Shown piece after piece: positions 40,124 to 49,550 of a DNA stretch of 64,000 nt. This stretch comes from Bacteroidia bacterium (GTDB lineage Bacteria; Bacteroidota; Bacteroidia; NS11-12g; UBA9320): contig JAOKFZ010000006.1 in the NCBI GenBank assembly GCA_028247315.1, forward strand, positions 1,403 through 65,402, written 5' to 3'. Every line of letters starts with the position of its first letter. Positions within the stretch are counted from its first letter, which is position 1. The position numbers and the translations under genes were made by a program. The notes under the pieces are model-generated. The model searched no databases and was not told the DNA's origin. It worked only from the letters and a program-made list of their open reading frames with translations.

Positions 40124-40893
40124 AGGTCAATTTCACCTTTGAATACCCGCACTGCTGGTCCGCAGAGGTATATGTTTTCAAAGGTCTTTTGTTTCTTCTC
40201 GAAGGTTACTGTAAGCGGCCCTCCCTTTGTTTGGATTTTTTGTGAAACCTTTTTTAGCGTACTTTCTTTTTCTAAGTAGTGTGCTATGGCAGCTGCTGTT
40301 ACTCCTGTGCCGCAACTCAGTGTTTCGTTTTCAACACCACGCTCATAGGTTCGTATGTAGAGTATGCCGTTACGGGCTTCAAGGTAATTGACGTTTATTC
40401 CTGTTTCGCTAAAGGTTTTGTTATATCGAATAGCGTGTGCTGCTGTTATCAGATCTAGTTCATCTATTTCTTCTGTGTAGGCAATGTAGTGTGGAGATCC
40501 AGTATTTAGGATGTATCCTCCGTCTTCTACCAATACCATGTCTACATCATGCATTTGCAAGCGAACTTCTTCACCTTCTATTATGGCGGTATGTTCACCG
40601 TCATTCGAGTTGAATAGGCATTTGTCTTCTGTCCAGCCAAGATATTTTGCGTGCATTACGGCACATCTACTACCATTTCCGCAGAAGCTCTCTGTGCCAT
40701 CTGCGTTATAGTACATCATATCAAAATCTACGGATTCACTTTTCTTCAGTACGATAAGGCCATCTGCACCTATGCCATATTTGCGATCGCAAAGTTGAAT
40801 AATTTGCTCAGTAGACACTTGATATATATCACTGGTAATAATAAAATCATTTCCAGTTCCTTGATATTTATAAAATATTATTTTTTTACTCAT
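40120..40893 (-). CDS. dapF: Diaminopimelate epimerase
   Basis: KYQGTGNDF, CGNG, TGSPH, RTYERGVE and SCGTG motifs. Confidence 0.96.
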   Translation of the reverse strand: MSKKIIFYKYQGTGNDFIITSDIYQVSTEQIIQLCDRKYGIGADGLIVLKKSESVDFDMMYYNADGTESFCGNGSRCAVMHAKYLGWTEDKCLFNSNDGEHTAIIEGEEVRLQMHDVDMVLVEDGGYILNTGSPHYIAYTEEIDELDLITAAHAIRYNKTFSETGINVNYLEARNGILYIRTYERGVENETLSCGTGVTAAAIAHYLEKESTLKKVSQKIQTKGGPLTVTFEKKQKTFENIYLCGPAVRVFKGEIDL

Positions 40894-41989
40894 TGAGTAC
40901 TTTTAGTAGGGTAGGGTTGGTTACTTGTATTAGGCGGTTGTGTTTAGTATTTTTTTCTAAAAAATACTGTTCGCTATTTAGTTTTAGGTACAGTCTGTTA
41001 TCTAGTTCTACAAACCGAAGAGATTTTAGTTGGTTTACACCGTATAGTTTTACCTGTGTGCCGTCGTATTGATAGCCTTTGTAGTTTACTACGCTCTGCC
41101 AATATTCTACCATGATGCTACGAGTCACTGTGCTTCTTGATCGGGAAGAATTATCCTCAGCTTCTTTTTTATTTTTCGCTTTTCTCTCTTTACGACTTAG
41201 CTTGTTATTAGATTGAATCGTTACTTCTCCTACGTTTGTAGTTCTATCTAGAGGGTTCAAGGCTGCAGCATACACTGGGTAAGACTTCTTGCCAAGCAGT
41301 TCATCACTACGTACGATTAGGTCAATATCTTTGGTTGTTGTTTTTCCTAGTTTAGAAGAAGTTCCTGCGAGTTTAGTTGGCTTTTTATTTATGTCATATC
41401 GGTCTGCCTTGTCTGCTATATCATCTTCAAAATCTAATCCTATAGATTCTTCTATCGTATCCATTCCGCTCATATCTAGATGGTCGTCTTCTATTGACTC
41501 TACTTCAGGCTCTAATTCCAATATAGGTGCAGACTCCACTCTAGCAAAAGTTTGCGTATCTACTTGTGTAGTCTCTCGGTATATTGTTTCTGCACTTTCT
41601 AAAATAGTATCGGGTGCGTTATCGCGTGCCACCATAAGTGGTTTTTTTTGCTCTTCTTGTGCAGTATTGTTGTTTTTTTTATGTGATATAGGTGCTAGTG
41701 TGAAAATCACAATAGCTAGGATAGCTATTACTGCAGCAGAAGCAAGAGCACCTCTCATTTTTGGATACGGAATTGCTCTTGTCTTGTTTACTTCGCTGGT
41801 TATAAATGACTTTAATTCCTTTTCTTTTGCTGTCTCTACCGCTTTTATTATACTTCTTTGAGTGACAACAGCTTCTCGTAAAGAGGCATCATTCCTTAAA
41901 TCAATTTTAAATTTATCCAATGCACGACCAGTTAGCTTACCACTTAGATAGCTATTTATTATGTGGTATGTTTCTTCGTTCACACTCAC
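40886..41989 (-). CDS. Putative single-pass anti-sigma factor
   Basis: N-terminal INSYLSGKL..F..L..D..L helical domain typical of Bacteroidota ECF partners, one TM (ALASAAVIAILAIVIFTL), an acidic linker and a C-terminal domain (VEYWQSVVNYKGY). Translationally coupled to the sigma gene. Confidence 0.55.
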   Translation of the reverse strand: MSVNEETYHIINSYLSGKLTGRALDKFKIDLRNDASLREAVVTQRSIIKAVETAKEKELKSFITSEVNKTRAIPYPKMRGALASAAVIAILAIVIFTLAPISHKKNNNTAQEEQKKPLMVARDNAPDTILESAETIYRETTQVDTQTFARVESAPILELEPEVESIEDDHLDMSGMDTIEESIGLDFEDDIADKADRYDINKKPTKLAGTSSKLGKTTTKDIDLIVRSDELLGKKSYPVYAAALNPLDRTTNVGEVTIQSNNKLSRKERKAKNKKEAEDNSSRSRSTVTRSIMVEYWQSVVNYKGYQYDGTQVKLYGVNQLKSLRFVELDNRLYLKLNSEQYFLEKNTKHNRLIQVTNPTLLKVLNE

Positions 41990-42549
41990 AGTAGATCCTC
42001 TTTTTTATACTGGCTTATCACGGTGGCTTGCAGTTTTTTAAAGCATTGATATTTCTTACTTTTTACTGTGTTAGCATTGGCATAGTTCAATTTCTCTGCA
42101 ATTAGTTTTGTGCTAAATCCATCAAAGTAAAAGTAGGAAAGTAGCCTACGACAGTTATCGTCCATTTGTTCTACAAGAGAAACAATAATATTCTGGTCCA
42201 TATCCAAATGCATCTCATCTTTACCATGTTCTAGGTGGTTATCTTCATCTACCAGTTTAAATTTTGTGCGTTTTTTTAGTTCCTTGAACCACAGATTCTT
42301 GGCTATAGCCATAATATATGTGCTGAGTTTACTCTGTAGCAAGAAGTTTGGCTTATTGGTGTTTTTCCAAACAGCGATGACCGTATCTTGCAGTATGTCA
42401 TCTACTGCATTCTCGTCGCCACTGTTTTTCAGAACAAAGTTTTTTACCATCGTATAATGCTGTTTGTATAGGTATACGAGCATCTGCTCATCTCCTTGTT
42501 TCATATTATCCAGCACAGTATGATCTGCTATCTTACCTATGCCAAACAT
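41986..42549 (-). CDS. ECF RNA polymerase sigma factor
   Basis: Region 2 DILQDTVIAVW..STYIMAIAKNLW; region 4 CRRLLSYFY..IAEKLNY..VKSKKYQC. Confidence 0.9.
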   Translation of the reverse strand: MFGIGKIADHTVLDNMKQGDEQMLVYLYKQHYTMVKNFVLKNSGDENAVDDILQDTVIAVWKNTNKPNFLLQSKLSTYIMAIAKNLWFKELKKRTKFKLVDEDNHLEHGKDEMHLDMDQNIIVSLVEQMDDNCRRLLSYFYFDGFSTKLIAEKLNYANANTVKSKKYQCFKKLQATVISQYKKEDLL

Positions 42550-42756
42550 TTTGTAGATGGTTAATACCCGTTAATCGATAAAGGTAAATGGTGGATAACG
42601 AAAGCGTTGCTTCAGCCGTTGAGTAAAGATACAGTATGTGTGCAAATGGGTTGATGTAGCAAACTTAATGAATATTATTTGTCTTTGTTAATGCCATTTT
42701 AGTTATTCTTGGAATAAGAATTGTACAGCGTACAACGTATTATAATTGAAAAAAAC

Positions 42757-44217
42757 ATGAATATTAAAAAAGCATTAGGAATTTTAGGCATTGCCATCCT
42801 TGGAGGTTTGGTAGCCTTGGGAGTAAATCGTTTATTTACAAGTAATGATACTCCAGCAAGTTTTACGCAGCATGAGACTGCAAAGTTTACATTAGCTGAA
42901 AAATTGGCAGATGTGCCAGATGTAGATTTTGTTTCAGTGGCAGGCGTGAGTACGCCGGCAGTAGTACACATTAAGAGTATAATGCAGAGTGCTCCTAGTC
43001 GTGGGCAAGGGCAAAACCCGTTCGAAGATTTTTTTGGACCAGATTTTAGACAACAACAACGTGGTCCTCAGCAGAGTACAGGTTCCGGTGTTATCATTAA
43101 CAAAAGCGGGTACATAGTAACCAACAATCATGTTGTAGATAATGCTACCAAAGTAGAGGTTGTACTGGACGATAAACGCACATATGTGGCTGAAATAATG
43201 GGTGTAGATCCAGAGACAGACTTGGCTCTACTCAAGATTGAGGAAGACAATTTGCCCTATCTCAACCTAGGGAATAGTGATGAACTAAAAGTAGGAGAGT
43301 GGGTGGTTGCAGTGGGTAATCCGTTTAATCTTACAAGTACGGTCACCGCAGGTATAGTGAGTGCCAAAGGAAGGAGTATCAATCTGTTGCGTCAGCGTGG
43401 TGGAGAGTATGCAGTAGAAAATTTCATACAAACAGATGCTGCAGTAAATCCGGGCAATAGCGGCGGTGCTTTGGTGAACACCAGTGGTGAGTTAATAGGC
43501 ATTAATACGGCTATTGCTTCTCAGACGGGTTCTTACTCGGGATATTCTTTTGCTATTCCAATCAACTTAGCCAAGAAAATAATTGCAGACTTAAAAGATT
43601 ATGGTGAAGTAAAAAGAGCAATACTGGGTGTGCGTATACAAGATATTACGCAAGAGTTGGCAGATGAGAAAGGTCTGAAGGACCTTACAGGTGTATATAT
43701 TCCGGCGGTAATTGAAGGTGGTAGTGCAGACAAGGCTGGTATAAAAAAGGGCGATGTCATTCTCAAAATAAATGGAGTTACGGTGAATAAGTCCTCGGGT
43801 CTTCAGGAGCAAATAAGTAAGTATCATCCCGGTGATAAAATAGAAATATCAATCATACGAGAAGGTAAAGATAAGGTGATAACCGCTACTTTATTATCCA
43901 AAAAAGGTGAAAATGAGATAGCTAAGGAAGTGGATCGCGAAGAGTTGAAAGTACTTGGTGCTGAGATTGAAAACTTGAGTAGAGATGAGCGTTTGGAATT
44001 AAAAATTAAGCATGGAGTGAAGATAACTCGACTCGGTAACGGTCAGATGAAGAGTAAAGGAATACCAACGGGCTTTGTAATAACACATATAGACAAAACC
44101 CCAATGTATACTACCCAAGATGTAAAGAACGCTTTGAAAGATAAATCTGGTTCTATACTTATAGATGGTGTAACTGCAGATGGAGAAAAAGAAGCCTACG
44201 CTATCCGATTGGACTAG
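42757..44217 (+). CDS. degP: DegP/HtrA (Do family) serine protease with two PDZ domains
   Basis: TNNHVV (His), TDLALL (Asp), GNSGG (Ser) and PDZ motifs LGVRI and LGAEI. Confidence 0.93.
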   Translation: MNIKKALGILGIAILGGLVALGVNRLFTSNDTPASFTQHETAKFTLAEKLADVPDVDFVSVAGVSTPAVVHIKSIMQSAPSRGQGQNPFEDFFGPDFRQQQRGPQQSTGSGVIINKSGYIVTNNHVVDNATKVEVVLDDKRTYVAEIMGVDPETDLALLKIEEDNLPYLNLGNSDELKVGEWVVAVGNPFNLTSTVTAGIVSAKGRSINLLRQRGGEYAVENFIQTDAAVNPGNSGGALVNTSGELIGINTAIASQTGSYSGYSFAIPINLAKKIIADLKDYGEVKRAILGVRIQDITQELADEKGLKDLTGVYIPAVIEGGSADKAGIKKGDVILKINGVTVNKSSGLQEQISKYHPGDKIEISIIREGKDKVITATLLSKKGENEIAKEVDREELKVLGAEIENLSRDERLELKIKHGVKITRLGNGQMKSKGIPTGFVITHIDKTPMYTTQDVKNALKDKSGSILIDGVTADGEKEAYAIRLD

Positions 44218-44243
44218 TGTTGCGTTTTTATTAGTATTGATTT

Positions 44244-44281
44244 AAGATTCTCCTTGCTTACTAAAGCAAGGGAAATCTTTG
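44244..44281. terminator. Probable terminator between convergent degP and repressor genes
   Basis: CCTTGCTT-ACTA-AAGCAAGG core extended by AAGATT/AATCTT. Confidence 0.6.
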
Positions 44282-44390
44282 TTCTTGGGCTATTTCAGGA
44301 GCAGTTTGTTTAGGTTTTAATGAAGTGAATATACTTTGACGTTTATTATTTTACCCTCTAACGACAATTTAGGTGCCTGATTAGAGTAAG

Positions 44391-45098
44391 CTATACCTCA
44401 AAACCGTTCCAGGTTTCGAACTTCCATATCTCGAGAATTTGGTCTAGGTGTAAGGTGTATGGAGCATAGGCACTATTAGTGCTTACTAGTGTGAGGCTCT
44501 GTTCGCTTTTTATCTTGTTATAGAGGCGTTTGAAAACGATTCCTTCGTCCTTGGTTACTATGATATAATTGTCTCCATCTTTTATGTCGTGCCAGTCTTG
44601 CAGGTAGCTAGCTGTTACCCACGACCCTTCGCTCACAGGAGGCATACTGTCTCCCTTTATCTGAAAACTACGGTACGTTCTGTTTTTGGGTAAAAACGGT
44701 AGCTTAAATTTAGGTAAGTCTTTAATGAATTCAGGGTCGGAGTATCCTCCAGTATATCCAGCTTGAGCTTTCATACTTACTATCTCTATGTTTTCCTCTT
44801 CATTGGCATCTACACTTACGGTGAGTAGACGTAGTTTTCTGCCGCGTATGTCTGCCTCACTTCCTTTTAGTATTTGTGTGAGTTTAAAATGGGTTAATTT
44901 GCTCAAATCATGGCGAACAAGACCATCTAAAGTTACATTAAAATAGTCTGCAATGTCTATCTGAATATCAAAAGGTGGTTGAACTCCTCGTTCGTAACTA
45001 TTTAATTTTGAGCGTGTAAGGTCTAGTGAATCAGCTAAGTCTTGTTGAGACAGTCCTTTCTGAGTACGTAGCAGTTTAATGTTTTTATCAAAATACAT
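44391..45098 (-). CDS. XRE-HTH plus S24 peptidase transcriptional repressor (LexA/cI-like)
   Basis: N-terminal HTH (GLSQQDLAD), Ala-Gly site (AQAGY), Ser (GDSM) and Lys (VFKR). Confidence 0.9.
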   Translation of the reverse strand: MYFDKNIKLLRTQKGLSQQDLADSLDLTRSKLNSYERGVQPPFDIQIDIADYFNVTLDGLVRHDLSKLTHFKLTQILKGSEADIRGRKLRLLTVSVDANEEENIEIVSMKAQAGYTGGYSDPEFIKDLPKFKLPFLPKNRTYRSFQIKGDSMPPVSEGSWVTASYLQDWHDIKDGDNYIIVTKDEGIVFKRLYNKIKSEQSLTLVSTNSAYAPYTLHLDQILEIWKFETWNGFEV

Positions 45099-45123
45099 AT
45101 TGGGTGCAAATATAGATTAAAAA

Positions 45124-45143
45124 ATTATCTTTAATAGGATAAT
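45124..45143. promoter_or_regulatory. Candidate operator ATTATC-N8-GATAAT inside the repressor's own promoter
   Basis: Inverted repeat just upstream of the TATATTTG -7 box (45107-45114, minus strand). Confidence 0.4.
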
Positions 45144-45345
45144 AATATTGTCATTCGTTAAATAATTGCAAATATTTTTTGATGCGTAATGAAAAGAAAG
45201 TGGGTGCTATTGATAGGTCGTTGATTTACTGTGCATTAAAATATAGAATAAGTATGGTAAATTATTTGTTGGCATGTTGATTAACCCTTTAATTATCAAT
45301 ACTTTTGCAAGCAACCACAAATAAGCACGATTAGGAGCAATCCAC

Positions 45346-46374
45346 ATGGGAATATTTAATTTTTTTACGCAAGAGTTAGCTATAGATTTAGGTACGGCAA
45401 ACACACTTATAATTTATAAAGATAAACTGGTAGTAGATGAGCCTTCTATTATAGCTATAAACAGGACTAATAAAGAGGTTCTTGCTATTGGTTCTGAGGC
45501 CCAGAAAATGCATGGTAAGACGCACGAAGATATCAAGACAATTCGTCCATTAAAAGATGGTGTAATTGCAGATTTTGAAGCGGCCGAGCAAATGATAAGT
45601 GGTTTTATAAAAATGATAAATACCAAAGGGACATTTGGTACACCACAATTGCGTATGGTCATATGCATACCGAGTGGTATAACACAAGTAGAAAAACGTG
45701 CTGTAAAAGAAAGTGCAGAGCGTAGCGGAGGTAAAGAAGTGTACATGATTCCAGAGCCAATGGCAGCAGCTATCGGCATAGGCATAGATGTTACAGAGCC
45801 TATGGGGAATATGATTATTGATATAGGAGGGGGTACTACAGAGATTGCTGTAATTGCACTTTCGGGTATTGTGTCTGATGAGTCTATACGCGTAGCTGGA
45901 GATGATTTTACGACAGATATTATAGAGTACATGCGAAGACAACATAATCTTATGATAGGTGAGCGTACGGCAGAATACATCAAGGTGGAAGTAGGAGCGG
46001 CGTTGCCAGATCTTGAGAACCCACCAGAAGATTATCCGGTAAATGGAAGAGACCTAATGACAGGTATTCCCAAACAGATAATGGTTTCTTACTCTGAGAT
46101 AGCACTTGCCCTTGATAAGTCTATTTCTAAAATAGAAGAAGCTGTTATGAAAGCACTAGAGCTTACCCCTCCAGAGCTTTCAGCGGATATATATCAAACA
46201 GGATTATACCTAACCGGTGGTGGTGCATTGCTAAGAGGGTTAGACAGACGTATTAGTAGCAAAACAAAACTACCTGTATATGTTGCAGAAGATCCGCTTA
46301 GAGCTGTTGTAAGAGGTACAGCTATTGCCCTTAGAGACACTAAAACCTACAAAACTATACTGTCGTCTAGCTAA
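45346..46374 (+). CDS. mreB: Rod shape-determining protein MreB
   Basis: DLGTANT, RPLKDGVIADF, DIGGGTT and LTGGGALL motifs. Promoter TACTTTTG at 45300-45307. Confidence 0.97.
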   Translation: MGIFNFFTQELAIDLGTANTLIIYKDKLVVDEPSIIAINRTNKEVLAIGSEAQKMHGKTHEDIKTIRPLKDGVIADFEAAEQMISGFIKMINTKGTFGTPQLRMVICIPSGITQVEKRAVKESAERSGGKEVYMIPEPMAAAIGIGIDVTEPMGNMIIDIGGGTTEIAVIALSGIVSDESIRVAGDDFTTDIIEYMRRQHNLMIGERTAEYIKVEVGAALPDLENPPEDYPVNGRDLMTGIPKQIMVSYSEIALALDKSISKIEEAVMKALELTPPELSADIYQTGLYLTGGGALLRGLDRRISSKTKLPVYVAEDPLRAVVRGTAIALRDTKTYKTILSSS

Positions 46375-47198
46375 TGCAACGCCTGCTTGCGTTCATAGAG
46401 CACAACGTACACATCATACTATTTGTAGTGTTGCAAGTGGTATGTGGGTTCCTTATGTTCTATCTTAACCCCTATCAGCAAGCAACGTTTACGCACAGTG
46501 CAGCTACAGTTACGGCCTCTGCAAATCAGCTTACTGCAAACGTCACAGGGTATCTAGACCTGAAAGATCAGAACATAAAATTACAAGATCAAGTTGCTGA
46601 CCAGTTTCGCAATTCACCCGAAGCAGTATTTCATTTCTTAGAGGATACCCTTACTATAAAAGATTCTAATCGAGTGGCTTTATTTGATATAGTGCCTGTT
46701 CAGGTGGTTTACAATACAGCAAATAAAGGAGAGAATGTATTTGTTATAAACAAAGGGAGTAATCATGGTATAAAACGAAATATGGGCGTAATATCATCAG
46801 AAGGTGTAGCGGGTATAGTCTTGACAACAAGTGCTAGATATAGTTCGGTAATGTCACTACTCAATCTCAACTTTAGCCTTACACCCAACATTAATGGAAT
46901 AGATTATTATATCCCCATAAAATGGGAAAATAAGCATGTAAATATTTTGCGTATAAAAGGTATTAATAAACTAGAGGAAATAGCTGTAGGAGATAGGGTG
47001 AAAACAGGTAGCTCAACTGCTTTGTTTCCTAAGGGAATTCATATAGGAAAAGTTGCTAGGATTACAACTAAGCAGTCTAGTCAGTACTTTGATTTAGAGA
47101 TAGAAACCGCGACTGATTTTAGGAAACTAAACTATGCTTATGTGGTGATTAATAAGGATATTAAATCAATAAAGGCACTCTTAGAAAATGTGGATTAG
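46374..47198 (+). CDS. mreC: Rod shape-determining protein MreC
   Basis: VINKGSNHGIK..MGVI..GVAG and TG.STALFPKGI motifs; operon position. Confidence 0.9.
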   Translation: MQRLLAFIEHNVHIILFVVLQVVCGFLMFYLNPYQQATFTHSAATVTASANQLTANVTGYLDLKDQNIKLQDQVADQFRNSPEAVFHFLEDTLTIKDSNRVALFDIVPVQVVYNTANKGENVFVINKGSNHGIKRNMGVISSEGVAGIVLTTSARYSSVMSLLNLNFSLTPNINGIDYYIPIKWENKHVNILRIKGINKLEEIAVGDRVKTGSSTALFPKGIHIGKVARITTKQSSQYFDLEIETATDFRKLNYAYVVINKDIKSIKALLENVD

Positions 47199-47688
47199 GG
47201 TAGTATACTGGATGCTTATCCTAGCTTTTCAAGTACTGGTGCTCAACCATCTTGACTTTTCATCCTTTGTGATACCTCAAGTATTCATCATCTTACTTAT
47301 TTCTATGCCTTTAGGGTGGAGCAAGATGAAACAAGTAAGTGCTGCTTTTGGACTAGGGCTTCTAGCAGATTTGTTTGTAAGTGCTCCGGGAATACATGCC
47401 TCAGCTTGTTTGTGGCTCGTATTGTTGCGTATTGGAATACTCAATACCCAAGATATAAAACAACAAATAGCAAGTAAAATGGACTACGACGTCAAGTCTG
47501 TGGGCCTTAATTCGTTCTTATATTCCTCCGTTATTCTCGTATTCTTTTATCATTTTTATATTTTTTGGATTCAAAATATCGGCTCCTTGCAATGGAGCAA
47601 TTATGTGTTGACCTCAATGATTAGTTCTTTGCTAGCCATTACGCTTATTGGGGTATTGCAGTATTTGACTTTTCAACACAGATCATGA
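47188..47688 (+). CDS. mreD: Rod shape-determining protein MreD
   Basis: Hydrophobic, with GLLADLF..PGIHA; operon position. Confidence 0.85.
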   Translation: MWIRVVYWMLILAFQVLVLNHLDFSSFVIPQVFIILLISMPLGWSKMKQVSAAFGLGLLADLFVSAPGIHASACLWLVLLRIGILNTQDIKQQIASKMDYDVKSVGLNSFLYSSVILVFFYHFYIFWIQNIGSLQWSNYVLTSMISSLLAITLIGVLQYLTFQHRS

Positions 47689-49550
47689 ATAAGTTGCGAT
47701 CAAACTACATTTATTTCGGAGTTGTGCTTATTGGGCTTGTCTATATTATTCGCCTCTTACAGATACAGGTATTGGATGATAAATATGTAAACATAGCTGA
47801 AAGAATATCGCTCAGAAAACAAACAGTGTACCCACAACGGGGTCTTATCTTTGATAGGAATAAAAAACTCATTGTATACAACGATCCAGTGTATGATCTC
47901 ATGGTATCTGTACCTATTAGACTAAAGGGAATAGATACTGCAGCATTTTGTCAACTCTTACAGATAGAAAGAAAGGAATTTGATACACGTCTAGCTAAAG
48001 CCAAAAGAGCATCTTACCGTGGTAAGTCCGTTTTTAAAAAGAATGTGGCTAACCTGCTGTACGCACGTGTACAGGAAAGACTATTTGAGTTTAATGGTTT
48101 CTTTTTTGAGATCCGACAAGATAGAAACTACAAATACAACAGTGCAGCTCATCTATTAGGATATTTAGGAGAGGTTAATAGAAAACAACTCAAGGCACAG
48201 TCTGAAGTATATTATGAACAAGGAGATTTTAATGGCAAAAAAGGTGTAGAACGTTTTTATGAAAAAGAGCTCAGAGGTGTTAAGGGGGAGGAGTATTTCT
48301 ATGTAGATAAGTTTGGAGTAAGCCGTGGTTCATACAAGGAAGGAAAATTAGACAAAGAAGCAATAGATGGCAATAATTTACTCTTGAGTATAGATATAGC
48401 GTTACAGCAATACGGTGAGAAATTATTGGATAACAAAATGGGTAGCGTCGTAGCTATAGAACCTCAAACAGGGGAGGTGCTAGCTCTCATTTCTAGTCCA
48501 TTTTATAATCCCACAAAGTTTAATATTCAGAATAGAGGAAAGTTCTATAATATGGCCATCAATGATCCTACGAAGCCTATTTTTAATAGAGCCGTAAGTG
48601 CTCCATATCCTCCGGGAAGTACATTTAAACCGGTGATGGCATTGTTAGGAATAGAAGATGGAGCCATAACTAAAAATACGCATTTTGGTTGCCAAGGGTA
48701 CTATAGACTGGGTAGAAGAATAATAAAATGTCATGGTCATACATTTAGCACGAGTCTACAGAGAAGTATAGCGAGTAGTTGCAATACATATTATTGTAAT
48801 ACATTTAAAAATATGATGCAGCTAGAGAAGTATGAGAATACAGAAGCGGCATACAACAGTTGGCAAACCTACTTAAGTAGTTTTGGTCTCGGGAAGAAAC
48901 TTGGTATAGACATAAGTGGAGAATACAGGGGTTGGTTGAAAGATGCTGCATTTTATGATAAAATGCACGGTGCAGGCCGTTGGAATTATGCTCGTATCAT
49001 TTCTCTCTCTTTTGGTCAGGGTGAGCTAGGGCTCACTCCGCTACAAATAGCCAATATTGCTGCTTCTATAGCCAATAGAGGCTACTATTATACACCACAC
49101 GTTGTGCGTCAGCTAGAAAACATGGAAAGTATTCCTGAGAAGTATTTGGTAAAGAATTATACCATGATATCTCCCGATAATTTTGGTCCAGTGATAGAGG
49201 GTATGCAAGAGGTTACCATTTCAGGTACAGCCTCCCACATTGCCATTCCCGGGATTAATATAGCAGGTAAAACAGGTACGGTACAAAACCCGCATGGTAA
49301 AAATCACTCTGCATACATGGCCTTTGCTCCAGTTGATAATCCAAAAATAGCGATTGCAGTTGTGGTAGAAGAAGCCGGATATGGTTCTACTTGGGCAGCA
49401 CCCATTGCTCATCTTATGATAGAGCGGTACTTGATGGGCGATAGCATTGGACCAAGTGCTAGGGTATATCTGGAGAATAAAATGATAGACAGTGATCTGA
49501 TACCATACAAGTATAAGGGCCTCAGGAACAAATCATTATATGGAGAGTAA
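47685..49550 (+). CDS. mrdA: Penicillin-binding protein 2
   Basis: YPQRGLI, PPGSTFK (SxxK), SCN (SxN) and GKTGT motifs. Confidence 0.94.
   Translation: MNKLRSNYIYFGVVLIGLVYIIRLLQIQVLDDKYVNIAERISLRKQTVYPQRGLIFDRNKKLIVYNDPVYDLMVSVPIRLKGIDTAAFCQLLQIERKEFDTRLAKAKRASYRGKSVFKKNVANLLYARVQERLFEFNGFFFEIRQDRNYKYNSAAHLLGYLGEVNRKQLKAQSEVYYEQGDFNGKKGVERFYEKELRGVKGEEYFYVDKFGVSRGSYKEGKLDKEAIDGNNLLLSIDIALQQYGEKLLDNKMGSVVAIEPQTGEVLALISSPFYNPTKFNIQNRGKFYNMAINDPTKPIFNRAVSAPYPPGSTFKPVMALLGIEDGAITKNTHFGCQGYYRLGRRIIKCHGHTFSTSLQRSIASSCNTYYCNTFKNMMQLEKYENTEAAYNSWQTYLSSFGLGKKLGIDISGEYRGWLKDAAFYDKMHGAGRWNYARIISLSFGQGELGLTPLQIANIAASIANRGYYYTPHVVRQLENMESIPEKYLVKNYTMISPDNFGPVIEGMQEVTISGTASHIAIPGINIAGKTGTVQNPHGKNHSAYMAFAPVDNPKIAIAVVVEEAGYGSTWAAPIAHLMIERYLMGDSIGPSARVYLENKMIDSDLIPYKYKGLRNKSLYGE

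Noticed and set aside
41289-41861. 190-aa plus-strand ORF, and similar long antisense ORFs (8174-8572, 30408-30902, 45414-45983, 55741-56142, 62793-63281)
   Set aside because: They lie fully antisense to well-supported genes and show the Ser/Ile-rich composition typical of shadow frames, with no motifs.
16176-44217. Concentration of proteostasis genes (dnaK, tig, clpP, clpX, degP, plus clpS) as a dedicated island
   Set aside because: They are separate transcription units spread over more than 30 kb, and tig-clpP-clpX is a standard cluster.
45269-45284. TTGGCA upstream of mreB as a second sigma54-like promoter
   Set aside because: The -12 position reads AA rather than GC/GT, and a good TACTTTTG housekeeping box is present.
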